From an uncultured Planctomycetota bacterium (GTDB lineage: Bacteria > Planctomycetota > Planctomycetia > Pirellulales > Lacipirellulaceae): a stretch of DNA of 64,000 bases. Positions within the stretch are counted from its first letter, which is position 1. Each line of letters opens with the position of its first letter. A model generated the notes under the pieces. The model had not been told where the DNA came from, searched no databases, and worked only from the letters and a program-made list of their open reading frames with translations. Below, piece after piece: positions 23,284 to 34,116 of this stretch. The stretch spans positions 1 through 64,000 of the forward strand of contig CAVRBU010000006.1 of assembly GCA_963719315.1 (NCBI GenBank). Direction: 5' to 3'. The position numbers and the translations under genes are program-made.

Positions 23284-24061
23284 CTTTAGCAAACGAATAC
23301 GGTGCGCCCGGACATTGCAGAATTGCCGTCAGGTCCGCTGAAACGACTGAAACGACGTAGCGACTGACGAATGCAGGCGCTGAAATCTGCCGCGAATTGA
23401 TCGGTTGGCTACTACATTCAATCTCTACATCTTCACCAAAACAAAAGCGAATCAATACCCAAGGAAAACGAGGGTAGCATCCAGATAGTTTCATCGGACT
23501 GGCTGCAGTGCAAGACGGGTTGATCTGCTCGCGCGTGCAGCATCGGCACGTCTTCATATGGTACTGCCGGCAGCCGACGCTGCGCACCTGCCAAAGGATC
23601 TACACGGGAGTGGACATTCTTCGCTGTTCCCAGATGGCAATGATTTTGTGGCGGACGGTTTTGAGGCGATCTGGCCACTTGTGAAGTTAGTGTACCAAGA
23701 TCGGATTGGGCAGTTAGTCTCACTTTTGCCACCCGGCCAAGAGGCCCAGAATGCTCTGACCCCAGTGGTACACTGCGGGGTACGGCGAGGTTCTTTGGAG
23801 TATTTCAGAATGACGGATGGCTAGGTGAAAGAAGTTTGGCCTGCTTTCTAGCCAGCCTGCTGCAACTCGCGGATTCTTTGGAATTCGGCATTTACGCAGT
23901 AGAAACGCCCCGTTCGGCTGTGCTCACTGTCGCACCGGAGTGTTGTAGCCTCCTTGCATTTGAAATTCGTGGCGATTTTACTCGGACCGGTTATATCGCG
24001 TGGGGGGGTGCCCTCTACTATCTACTATTGGCTACTAGGTGGCCCTCCCGCTCCGGGCTCG

Positions 24062-24184
24062 GGTGGTACCCTAATTTGGCACCGTTCGGACCGGAACTTA
24101 TGTAGCACGGACGTCAGTCCGTACGAGAATCACGGACTGAAGTCCGTGCTACAATCTTCTTGTGCCGCAAATTAGGACACTACC
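24062..24184. mobile_element. MITE copy 2 (123 bp) carrying a REP pair
   Basis: Near-identical to copy 1; perfect 8-bp duplication CGGGCTCG at 24054-24061 and 24185-24192. Confidence 0.9.
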
Positions 24185-24298
24185 CGGGCTCGCAATAAGT
24201 TGAAAGTTGGCGACTGGCTAGTTCTAATGAAGTATTGCGAAACGGCCGGATATCGGGTGGATTCGCCCTACTCCGGACTGTGAAAACGGGAGAAATCG

Positions 24299-25213
24299 AT
24301 GTTTCGGTCGTACAAGATTGTGACGTTCGCGTGCGCTCTCATGGCAGGCCTTGGCACCGCTGTTGTGGTGAACGCTCAGGCTGGCAAGCCTCCCCAGGGC
24401 GAAGCGAGCGCTGTGCACGCCGCGGCGAGGGATTTTCTGATCGCTGCCCGCCGCGGTGACGAGGCCGTATTGCGGAAGATGTGGACGCCGGATGGCGAGT
24501 TCATCGATGGCTCGGGGCGCGTGATGAAAGCGGCCGAACTGATCCATCAACTTGCCGCGTCGCCGAAAGCCGATGTCACGTCTGCGGAGGACTCTGTGTT
24601 TGACGCGACGCTGCGATTCGTTACGCCGGACGTTGTCATCTTCGACGGGATGGCCGACCGTGTGTGCGATACCGATGGCAACATTCTCACCCGGCGTTTT
24701 ACGGCGGTATGGGTCAAGCGCGACGGAAAATGGTTGCTCGACAGCCTCCGCGAGGCTTCGGCCGATGCGTCTTCGCTCAACAACCACTTGAAACCGCTCG
24801 AGTGGTTGGTGGGAGAATGGGTGGGCACGACCGACGATACGGCGGTTCTGGTGTCGTCGCACTGGAGCGACGGGGGAAACTTCATCGTGCGCGAATTCGT
24901 GGTCGCCCGCGACGGCAGCGGAACCATCAGCGGAACGCAACGCATCGGCTGGGATGCGGCTGCCGGCCAAATCAAATCGTGGACGTTTGATTCTCAGGGC
25001 GGCGCGGGTGAGGCGCATTGGCGTCGCGACGGGAATCGTTGGATCGTCGATACAGTCGACGTAACGGCCGACGGCAAGAAGGGGAAGACGTCGTCCGTGT
25101 ACGTTCCCGGCGACGAACGACGTTTTACGTGGGAAGTGGCGGTCGCCGACATGGCAGGTGTGGCACTGAAACCGATGCTAGTCGAGTTCCGGCGAGCCGC
25201 TGAAGACGAATAA
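24299..25213 (+). CDS. Secreted NTF2-like (SgcJ/DUF4440-type) protein
   Basis: Signal peptide; FTAVWVKRDGKW and LEWLVGEW. Confidence 0.75.
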   Translation: MFRSYKIVTFACALMAGLGTAVVVNAQAGKPPQGEASAVHAAARDFLIAARRGDEAVLRKMWTPDGEFIDGSGRVMKAAELIHQLAASPKADVTSAEDSVFDATLRFVTPDVVIFDGMADRVCDTDGNILTRRFTAVWVKRDGKWLLDSLREASADASSLNNHLKPLEWLVGEWVGTTDDTAVLVSSHWSDGGNFIVREFVVARDGSGTISGTQRIGWDAAAGQIKSWTFDSQGGAGEAHWRRDGNRWIVDTVDVTADGKKGKTSSVYVPGDERRFTWEVAVADMAGVALKPMLVEFRRAAEDE

Positions 25214-25283
25214 TTGACACCGGCAATGGGGCGCTGCTCTTGGGCAGCGAACGATGCCGGCAACGAAATCGGGGAATTACGTT

Positions 25284-26018
25284 ATGAATCGTAGTCAAAC
25301 CAGGGCGATGACGATCGCCATCGCGTTAACATCTTGGGGTTGGCAAATTGCGCCGGCCTGGGGTCAATTTGGGCCGTCGCAGGGATCATCAGTTAAGGGG
25401 GCCGACTCGCAGGACGCCGCGCGTCGAAAGATCATGGAGAGCGATCGCTGGCGACAGACGCAACGGCGTTTGAACGAGTGGCTTGCGGTTCAGAAGATAT
25501 ACACTCCGGACGAAGTCACCGCGATCCGAGCGGAGTTCGCGGCACGTGTCGCCAAGATGGCTCCGCAAGAATTGGAAGTCCTCTTGAAAGACATGGAAGA
25601 GCGGCTGGAAGTGTTGACCAGCCCCGAAGCCGAAGATGCCCGCCAGTGGCTCGGACAGTTTCTGGCCGTGGCCATGAATCCAGAGGAGCAACTTGGGATC
25701 AAGCGACCGGATGTGCTGAACATGACGGCAAGCCAGGTTCGCCTGGAGTTGCAGCGATTGCAACAAGTGAGGGCATCGCGGCTACAAGCGCAGGCTGCAT
25801 TCGGTCAAAAGCAATCGCTCCGAGGACAGGTGTCGCGCGACGCCCAGTCCACGAGGCAAGCAATCCAAGCGCCGGCGCCTAACCGCTCGAACTGGCCAGC
25901 AAATACGCCGCAGCCTCTCAACCAAAGAACGCAGCGCCGCGACCCGTTACCGCCGCCCTTCAGGCCGCCGGTTTACACGGTGAGCCCGTGGGGCACGCCA
26001 ATCATCTGGCACCCATGA
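25284..26018 (+). CDS. Secreted hypothetical protein
   Basis: Signal peptide, helical core, Pro-rich tail. Confidence 0.65.
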   Translation: MNRSQTRAMTIAIALTSWGWQIAPAWGQFGPSQGSSVKGADSQDAARRKIMESDRWRQTQRRLNEWLAVQKIYTPDEVTAIRAEFAARVAKMAPQELEVLLKDMEERLEVLTSPEAEDARQWLGQFLAVAMNPEEQLGIKRPDVLNMTASQVRLELQRLQQVRASRLQAQAAFGQKQSLRGQVSRDAQSTRQAIQAPAPNRSNWPANTPQPLNQRTQRRDPLPPPFRPPVYTVSPWGTPIIWHP

Positions 26019-26056
26019 AATGTAGTTGGCACGTTCCGAGCGTGTGAGCACTATTT

Positions 26057-26077
26057 GGTGGGCGGTGCCCACCCTAA
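26057..26077. repeat. REP-like palindrome between convergent genes
   Basis: GGTGGGC-GGT-GCCCACC followed by CTA. Confidence 0.5.
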
Positions 26078-26228
26078 AAAAATCACAGCTTCTCCGTGTG
26101 CTGTACGCCAAGCGTTTTGTTGACCTGCCAGACAAGTTGGCGGGGCGGCAGTTATCGGCAGTTCTGCCACAGCAGTCGGAGCGTGCTTGCTACAATTGCT
26201 CGGCTGGCTCCGCGGCGCCCTGCGGCCT

Positions 26229-27296
26229 CTACTTGGCTTCCGCCTTTATCTCGGCCTCTTGTCTCTTCAAGGTTTCCCTCAACCGCTGAGAAAAGTTCTC
26301 GTCGAGCGGCGTCTTTTGCATCCACTCGTCCACGCGAAACGCACGCCGCGCCTGCTCAAACGACAGGTCCGTGTCGATATAGCCCAACCGGTGGGCGACG
26401 CGATCGGACAGACCGGTGAGCAGCACCCAAATATCGTGCGGCAGGGGTCGGCCGCCAAGCCGCCGGAGATGATACGTGATGTTGTTCATGCAGTTATTCA
26501 GGAGCAGGTGATAGAATTCCGGTTTTTCTTCCAGCGAATGAGCACGCTCCATCATATCCAGGAAGATCGCACGTTTTCTCTCGTCCGTCGTGTTCGCAGG
26601 GTAGAAGTACACCGGCTTCTTCCAAATTGCGCCGCGCAGACCGACGACGTCGCGTTCGTCGCCGATGACGTAGATGAGTTGATACTGGCGAAAGAGCGAC
26701 GGGATCAAACGATACGGAATGCCATCTACACGTCGGCCTTCGACGGAGACGGCCACGTTCTGGCCATCGGAAAAGCCGAAGCACACAAACACGTGGGCCA
26801 CCGCCTCCCACATGGGCATTGAAGCAACGACGTAGTACATCGAATTGAGTTTGCTCACATCATAGACACGATCGTAGTAACGGGGCGTGAAATCGGTCGC
26901 CGAGCGCCAGGTAAAGTTGCGGACGTGGCTGATGTGAACCTTGTCGCCCACGATTTCCACATGCGGCATGTAGGCTTGCTCGGGCGCCCATTTTTGATTC
27001 GGATTGGGAGTAACGAAACCGAAATAATAGATGGCAACGATCGCCGTCACGACGAGCGTCGCGGTGGATCGACGTTTTGCCTGCCAAGGCACTTGGAACC
27101 ACTCGCCGAAGTGGAACGACTCGCGTCGCGTGCTCAAGTAAAGCCCGGCGATCCCCAACGCCAACGCGCTCGCCAACCGCGTCGATGAGAAGACCGTGAA
27201 AAAAGCGGCCAGCGCCGTCCATAACCCCAGGCCCCACCAAGTCACACCAGCGATGGTTCGCCACATCTTCCACAAGATCGCACGAACTCTGTACAT
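26229..27296 (-). CDS. DUF4105 (Lnb N-terminal-like) membrane protein
   Basis: HVRNF, AHVFVCFGF, FYHLLLNNC. Confidence 0.85.
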   Translation of the reverse strand: MYRVRAILWKMWRTIAGVTWWGLGLWTALAAFFTVFSSTRLASALALGIAGLYLSTRRESFHFGEWFQVPWQAKRRSTATLVVTAIVAIYYFGFVTPNPNQKWAPEQAYMPHVEIVGDKVHISHVRNFTWRSATDFTPRYYDRVYDVSKLNSMYYVVASMPMWEAVAHVFVCFGFSDGQNVAVSVEGRRVDGIPYRLIPSLFRQYQLIYVIGDERDVVGLRGAIWKKPVYFYPANTTDERKRAIFLDMMERAHSLEEKPEFYHLLLNNCMNNITYHLRRLGGRPLPHDIWVLLTGLSDRVAHRLGYIDTDLSFEQARRAFRVDEWMQKTPLDENFSQRLRETLKRQEAEIKAEAK

Positions 27297-27678
27297 GGCG
27301 CCCTTGGTTCAATTCAAGACAAATTGGCCGAAACGCACCGCCACTAATTCAGTGTCGAAGGATTTTGGATTATCCGTAAATCATGCGATCTTGAACAGCG
27401 TCCGGAGATTCAGCCCAAGAACGCCTACGCTATCGAAAAACCTAGAGTCGATTATCGAACGGAGCTAGACGGTGGACCCCAATTTTTGTGACGACTAGAA
27501 TTATTGCTGTTGGAGGGTAGAGGATATCGTATTAGAGGTGAACAGGATCAACGATTCACTCAAAATTCCGCTGACCGAAGACCCTTTGAATTGGCGGCAA
27601 ACCGCGACTTGGAATACATCCGGCGACATCCCAAGAAAAATGAGTTTGCGGGAAATCTTAACAGGAGCAACTTTCAAC

Positions 27679-28584
27679 ATGCGACATTCTCAATTCGCCT
27701 ATTGGATAGCATTGGTGGTCATTCCCACATGGCTCACATTCGCTCTATCGGCCTCTCGAGCCGACCAAGGTCGCCAGACACACCGCTTACTGTTTTTCAA
27801 TCGCTCGGCCGGTTTTCAGCACTCGGTGGTCGAAGTTAAGGATGGCAAGCCGTGCTATGCGGAGAAGATTTTGCGGCCGCTTTGCGAAAAGCATGATTGG
27901 GAGTTAGTCAGCACGAAGGACGGAGAAGTTTTCACACCGGAAAACATCGCAACGTTCGACGCCTTTCTATTTTATACAACAGGCGACTTGACCGACCCCA
28001 AAGCCACGGACGGCAGTAAGCCGATGAGCAAGGAAGGCAAGGCGGCGTTCCTCGAAGCCATTCGAAATGGCAAGGGCTACGTGGGATTCCATTGCGCGTC
28101 GGACACCTTTCATAGCCAGGGTGAGGGCGACGAGACACAGCCGAGCGACCAACGCGATCCTTACATTGATATGTTGGGCGGTGAGTTCATTGTCCACGGG
28201 TCCCAACAAAAAACGACAATGACCGTGGTCGATCCTACATTCCCAGGGGCCGGCAGCTTGGGACCAAACTTTGTGATGCACGAAGAATGGTATTCGCTCA
28301 AGAATTTCGCGCCGGACCTGCATGTATTATTGGTAAACGAAACCAAGGACATGCATGACAAGTGCTACGAACGGCCGCCGTATCCGGCCAGTTGGATTCG
28401 CAATTACGGCAAAGGTCGAGTGTTCTACACATCGATGGGACATCGTGAAGATGTCTGGACCAGCCCACAATTTCAGAGTCTTGTGACGGGCGGGATTTCG
28501 TGGGCGGTCGGCGATGCGGAAGCGAACATGACGCCAAACATCGATCGCGTGACGCCGAAAGCGAATGTCTTGCCCCCGAAATAA
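27679..28584 (+). CDS. ThuA-like domain protein
   Basis: GFQHS, GFHCASDT, GKGRVFYTSMGH. Confidence 0.9.
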   Translation: MRHSQFAYWIALVVIPTWLTFALSASRADQGRQTHRLLFFNRSAGFQHSVVEVKDGKPCYAEKILRPLCEKHDWELVSTKDGEVFTPENIATFDAFLFYTTGDLTDPKATDGSKPMSKEGKAAFLEAIRNGKGYVGFHCASDTFHSQGEGDETQPSDQRDPYIDMLGGEFIVHGSQQKTTMTVVDPTFPGAGSLGPNFVMHEEWYSLKNFAPDLHVLLVNETKDMHDKCYERPPYPASWIRNYGKGRVFYTSMGHREDVWTSPQFQSLVTGGISWAVGDAEANMTPNIDRVTPKANVLPPK

Positions 28585-28637
28585 TCGACCCCTTGGCCAA
28601 CATACGGCAACGAGGATGAGCGTCGGACAATACCCGT

Positions 28638-29784
28638 ATGTACATTTCCGACCTCGTCTTTAAGAATCTTCGGCAACGCGCCAGCAGAACGGCGATGACC
28701 GTCACTGGCTTGGCGGTCGCAGTGGCCGCGATCACCACGTTGTGGAATACGGTTTGGGGCTATGCAGCGTCAGCGAGCGATTACTATTCCGCGCGAGACG
28801 TTGATATCGTCGTCGTACGGGCTGGTGTTTCGAATCGGCTGACGAGCAGCTTACGTGCCGACCTTGCGACTCGACTAGCCTCCCTGCCGGGCGTGGCGGG
28901 CGTCGATGCTAGTTTGACGGAAATGGTGTCACTCGGCGCGACGCATCTCATTGGAATTCCGCTCCGTGGACTCGATCCTGCCGGAACCACGATTCGGCAA
29001 TTCTCAACGACGCAGGGACAGTTGCTGCGCGCCAACGAACTTGGCGCCGTGCTCCTCGGCAGTGGTGTCGCTGCGTCGTTGCAGCCACGCGATGCACAAC
29101 AAATCGAAATCGAAGGAACAATGTTCCGTGTCGCCGGTGTAATCCAGGCCAATAACCCGTTTGATGTAAACAGCATCATCGCCAACATTGCCGATGTCCA
29201 GAAGCTAATGGGCCGTCCCGGGATCGTTTCGGAATTCCAAGTGCGCGTTGCACCCGAGGTTCGCGATGACGCAGCGCTCAAGAAAGTTTGCCGTGCTATC
29301 GAGGCATTACAAGATGTGGAGCACCAACCGCTCGGATTGAAGGCACAAACGACGAGCCAATTCGTAAACAGCGCTACGGAGGCCCGGCTCGGCGGGGCGA
29401 TGGCGTGGGCAACCAGCGCGATCGTCCTCGTGCTATCGTTTTTGGCGATGTTTAATACTATGCTGATGTCCGTTATGGAGCGAACCTCGGAACTCGGTGT
29501 GCTGCGCGGTCGGCTGGACGCGGGCGCGTGTCATGCGCATGATTATCGGCGAGAGTCTGTTGATTAGTCTGGTTGGCGCCATCGGAGGCATTTCGGCCGC
29601 CTGGATTTTGGGTCGCGTCCTTTCGCAGTCGCCCGGCACGAGTTTGTTGGTTCCGCACGGTCTTTCCCACGCGGCGCTCGCGTTGGGGTGTGTCGCGGCG
29701 ATCGTGGCCGGCGTTGCGGGATCTTTGTACCCGGCTTTTCGCGCCGCCAGCGTGCCCCCCATCGAAGCACTGCGATATGAGTAG
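28638..29784 (+). CDS. ABC transporter permease (FtsX/MacB-like), frameshift near 29510
   Basis: NTMLMSVMERTSELGVL and YPAFRAA...PIEALRYE. Confidence 0.85.
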
Positions 29785-30490
29785 CACCCTGAGAGAGAAT
29801 GTCGCAATGCAGCCATCGAGCCCGCCTGCGCCGATACTGGAAGTCGTCCAAGTGAGTCGCTCATACGACGACGGTCGGGTCCAAGCGTTGATAAATGTGT
29901 CGCTGGCAATCCAGACAGGCGAATACCTTGCAATTATGGGACCCAGTGGCAGCGGCAAGTCAACGCTGCTTAATTTGCTGGGGGCGCTCGATCGTCCCAC
30001 CGGGGGAGACATCCTTTTCGAAGGTCAGTCACTCGGCAAGCTTAAGAACCTCGATCGCTTTCGCGCTTCCACGTTGGGATTCGTGTTCCAATCGTTCTAT
30101 CTGCTTCCCACGCTGACCGCTTTGGAAAACGTCCAGATTCCGATGTTCGAGTCGTCGCTGGGAGCACATCGTCGCGCCGAAAAGTCGGCCGAGTTGCTTG
30201 AGCTGGTTGGTATGTCGCATCGCGCGAATCATTTGCCGAAAAAACTGTCGGTGGGCGAAAGGCAGCGAGTCGCCATTGCCCGCGCGCTGGCAAACGACCC
30301 TAAATTGCTACTCGCAGACGAGCCTACTGGAAATCTTGACACGGCATCGGGTAGCGTCGTGCTCGATTTGTTCGATCGCCTGCATGCGGAGCGCGGTTTG
30401 ACCATCGTCGTCATCACGCACGATCCGGAGGTCGCCGCGCGCGCCCATCGCAAAGTGTGGATTCGTGACGGGCAGCTTCAGAATTCATAA
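29777..30490 (+). CDS. ABC transporter ATP-binding protein (LolD-like)
   Basis: GPSGSGKST, LSVGERQR, LADEPTGNLD. Confidence 0.95.
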   Translation: MSSTLRENVAMQPSSPPAPILEVVQVSRSYDDGRVQALINVSLAIQTGEYLAIMGPSGSGKSTLLNLLGALDRPTGGDILFEGQSLGKLKNLDRFRASTLGFVFQSFYLLPTLTALENVQIPMFESSLGAHRRAEKSAELLELVGMSHRANHLPKKLSVGERQRVAIARALANDPKLLLADEPTGNLDTASGSVVLDLFDRLHAERGLTIVVITHDPEVAARAHRKVWIRDGQLQNS

Positions 30491-30510
30491 ACGCGACGGG
30501 GGCGGCGAAG

Positions 30511-31635
30511 ATGCGGATTTGGAGCGTTGCAGGCAAAAATCTCTTGCGCCGTCCGGCCCGCTCGATTCTGACGGCTTTTGGGATCGCCGTCGCCGTTTCC
30601 TCGGTGGTCGCTCTGGTCGGCGTTTCACAATCGCTGGAAGGCTCTTTCCTCGATCTCTATTACAAGCGCGGCGCCGATCTTGTCGTGCAACCGCGAGGCG
30701 GTGCGGTGCAACTGTCGAAAGGAATCAAACTCGCCTTCGGTGATCAAATCAGAAGCATACCAGGCGTTCACCAGGTAATAAGCGGGCTAATGGACATGGT
30801 TGCCTTTGAAGATAAGAACCTGTTCATGGTCATCGTCTATGGATGGGAGCCCGATTGTCTGGTACTCGATCGCGCCCATATTCTGTCCGGCCGGCGATTG
30901 CAAAGTGGCGATGAGCGGAAAGTCATGTTAGGACGAATCTTGGCAGCCAATCTCGATAAGAAAACCGGTGATCGGGTGCAACTCTATGGTCAAGATTTCG
31001 AAGTTGTCGGCGTGTTCGAAAGCTTCAGTGTCTACGAGAACGGCGCCGTCTTTATGTTGCTCGACGAGCTTCAGCGACAAATGGATCGGGCCGGCGAGGT
31101 GACGGGATTTATTGTTGACTCGGCCGACAAGCGGCCGCCAGCGGTGGCAGAAATCCGGCGGCAAATCGAAGCCCTGAATCCCGCAGTTGCGGCCACACCC
31201 TGCGCCGAGTTCGTGAGTTCGCTTTCGCAAATGAAAATAGCCCGCACGATGTCTTGGTTCACTTCCACATTTGCCATCGTCATCGGCGCGATCGGCGTTA
31301 TGAACACCATGGCGATGTCTATTTTCGAACGCCGCGGGGAAATTGCTTCTCTGCGGGCGATGGGTTGGCAAAAATGGCGTGTCGCTCAGCTCATATTGAG
31401 CGAGTCGTTGATCCTGTCGGTTATCGGCGCGGTGCTTGGAGTCGCAGCGGGACTGGCGATTATCATAGGCTTCACTCACTGGAGGCGAACATCCGGCTTG
31501 GTGCAGGGCGATATCTCGCTGCTCGCGATCGGCGAGGGGATTTGCGTGGCGCTGGGAATCGCGCTCGTTGGCGCCGCATTCCCGGCCTATCGTTGCACCC
31601 AATCGCCGATTGCAGAAACGTTGCGCGGAAACTGA
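30511..31635 (+). CDS. ABC transporter permease (FtsX/MacB-like)
   Basis: GVMNTMAMSIFERRGEI; four transmembrane segments. Confidence 0.9.
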   Translation: MRIWSVAGKNLLRRPARSILTAFGIAVAVSSVVALVGVSQSLEGSFLDLYYKRGADLVVQPRGGAVQLSKGIKLAFGDQIRSIPGVHQVISGLMDMVAFEDKNLFMVIVYGWEPDCLVLDRAHILSGRRLQSGDERKVMLGRILAANLDKKTGDRVQLYGQDFEVVGVFESFSVYENGAVFMLLDELQRQMDRAGEVTGFIVDSADKRPPAVAEIRRQIEALNPAVAATPCAEFVSSLSQMKIARTMSWFTSTFAIVIGAIGVMNTMAMSIFERRGEIASLRAMGWQKWRVAQLILSESLILSVIGAVLGVAAGLAIIIGFTHWRRTSGLVQGDISLLAIGEGICVALGIALVGAAFPAYRCTQSPIAETLRGN

Positions 31636-31666
31636 ACTGCTGCCGCTCGCCGGTGTTGCCACGCAA

Positions 31667-32753
31667 CTATTTTCCAACGGCGCCTTCGGTGGAAGGATCC
31701 ATCTGCCACAAGTAAAGAAAGCAGGGCAGTTTGGAACGATCCAGACCAGGAACACTTACCGGAATTAGACCCTTTTGCAGCGGCGTGTTGGGCGTGATCG
31801 AGTATTGAGACAACGGCTGGTCCTCGCGGCGGTGATAAAGGATTACGTTGGCACACTTAACGCCCGCCATCGATCGAGCCGCGCCCACTGCATTGTCGAG
31901 ATAGCCGATTTGATCGATCAGGTGCAGTTCTTTCGCCTGGGTTGCCGTAAATACGCGACCATCAAACGTGGTGTCTAGCTTCCCATCCACGTCGTGCCGG
32001 CTCTCCAGTACAACGTCGCGGAAGCGCATCTGAAATTCATCGGCCATGTCTTGCAAGAGCTTCCGTTTTTCGTCGCTGAGTCGCTTGATCGGCGAGCCAA
32101 GATCGATGTTCGGTCCGGCTTTGATCGGCACCCCAAGGATGTTGAATTGCGCCAATAAGTCTTCCAGGTTATAGACGTTCAGAATACAGCCGATGCCGCC
32201 GGTCACCGTAGTCGGGTGCGCGACGATCATATCGGCGGCAGTCGCCAGATAGTATCCGCCGCCGGCCGCCACATCCATCAGGCAGGCGATCACTGGAACG
32301 CACGTACGTTTCTTGAAGGCCGTCAGATCGCGCCACATGATGTCAGTGGCCGTCACGCTGCCGCCCGGCGTATTGATTCGAACAACGACCGCGCAAATAT
32401 GCGGGTCACACTCGATCGCATCCAGCCGCTCGCGAAAGGCGGAGACCGGGTTCTCGCCCCACGAGCCGAGGCCGGTTGCAGCGTTGTTGAGCAGCAGTCC
32501 GTCAACGTCGATGATCGCTACAGTGGCGGCATGTGGATCGTAGCGACGATGCGGAAGTACGCTCGCCACCACCGGTTGCAGACGCGGCGTCGGCGATAAT
32601 TCCGTCTTGATATCGCCGTTGAGGTGACCGGTAATGTCACCAGTGGCATCGACTTGTGCTCGCGTGTCGACGCGGAGTGGCTGCGCAGCTTACGCAGCTC
32701 GCCAAGATTAGGTATAGGCAACAATGCTGAAATAAGGAGCACTTGCATTTCAT
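31667..32753 (-). CDS. SppA-like S49 peptidase homolog, frameshift near 32670
   Basis: RINTPGGSV, AAGGGYY, DGRVFTA..A...LID. Confidence 0.8.
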
Positions 32754-33180
32754 GCCCACTGAGAAACGATGGTCCCGCCGCCGGCGACTATGTGCCGTGC
32801 TCGCTTGTGGTGGAAGTCGTTGAGAATTAGGGCGGGCCATACAAACAAGCACCACCTGGTCGACGGCACAAAGCGGAAGGATGCGTTCGACTGCTAGCGA
32901 GGATATCGGCGGACCGGATTATTTCAATCTCTGCTGGAATGTCGAGATCAATCGTGTATGGCAACGCAATTAAGTCGATCTGGCCGTCCCTGCTCACATA
33001 AAGCGGGAGAGTTATACCGCAAGAGGCAGGTTTGGTAACCGTGATAAGCAGCTAATAGAGAGAATTTGCCTACTTTTTAAGCGCGATGATAGCACTCTCT
33101 GCGCCGGGAAATATGGCCTCCGGCATGCTGGGCATGAGTTGCCACTAAATCAGCATCGAACGTAATGCCTCGCGGTGAAT

Positions 33181-34116
33181 TTAACGCGAGCCTTGCCGCG
33201 ACTTTGCCAGCGTCGCGTCAGACCCGACATTCGTGTCCAGCCAATGCCGCCCGATAGCCGTTTTTAGGAATCGCACACTTTCGCGTAGGTCATCGAACCC
33301 ATCCACGCCATCCTCGATGCTGATCCAGCCATCAAAGCCGGCGGAGCGAAGCGTACCGAATATTGCTTCGTAGTCATTCAAACCACGCCCGATAACGCCG
33401 TGCCGCAATCGCGCCGCATAGCCGCGGTGATCTTCTTCGCGACGCAAGTCTTCCAACGTGCCTTCGATCAAATACCGGTCGCTCGCATGCATCGTCACTA
33501 CGCGATGCTTAACTCGATCGAGAAGCTCGAGCGGATCTTCGCCCGCCAGATACGCGTTGCTCGGATCGTAATTCACTCCGAATTGCGGCAAATTGATTCG
33601 TGACACAAGATCGCAAAACATTTCCGTTGATTGTGCGAACTCCGGATGCTGCCAGTAGTTGTCCTTGTAGTGATTCTCGAGCACGAGCGTGACACCGCGA
33701 TCGGCCGCATGCTCGAGACACGCCGTGATGCACTCCTCGGCGTAGGCTAAGCCGGCTTCGCGTGAAAGCTCAGGGCGCCGCTGCCCGCTCAGCACGCGGC
33801 AATAGTTGCCGCCGAGTTCGGCCGTCATATCGATCCAGTGTTTTTCTCGATCGATTTGCTCGCGGCGAAAGGCCGGATCAGGATGCGTGAAATCCGGTGA
33901 ACAACACAGCATGGGAATCGTCAGCCCATGATCCGCGGCAATTTTGCGCGACGACTTCCAAACTTGCCGATCGGCGAGTTCCAAAAAGCCGGTATAGAAC
34001 TCGAGTCCATCGATTCCGAGCGTGGCGGCCAGTTCAATCCACTGGCGGACGGTCATCGAACCATCAACGCACAGTTGATCCATATATGCTTTGGGGAACA
34101 CGGCCAGTTTCGGCAT
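33181..34116 (-). CDS. Sugar phosphate isomerase/epimerase (xylose-isomerase-like TIM barrel)
   Basis: LENHYK, YDPSN, MHASD, WISIED. Confidence 0.85.
   Translation of the reverse strand: MPKLAVFPKAYMDQLCVDGSMTVRQWIELAATLGIDGLEFYTGFLELADRQVWKSSRKIAADHGLTIPMLCCSPDFTHPDPAFRREQIDREKHWIDMTAELGGNYCRVLSGQRRPELSREAGLAYAEECITACLEHAADRGVTLVLENHYKDNYWQHPEFAQSTEMFCDLVSRINLPQFGVNYDPSNAYLAGEDPLELLDRVKHRVVTMHASDRYLIEGTLEDLRREEDHRGYAARLRHGVIGRGLNDYEAIFGTLRSAGFDGWISIEDGVDGFDDLRESVRFLKTAIGRHWLDTNVGSDATLAKSRQGSR

Noticed and set aside
23300..24050. Possible transposase or gene remnant
   Set aside because: Hand translation of part of the region gave no recognisable motif
18668..24184. Composite transposon bounded by the two MITEs
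   Set aside because: Each copy has its own distinct 8-bp duplication, so they inserted independently
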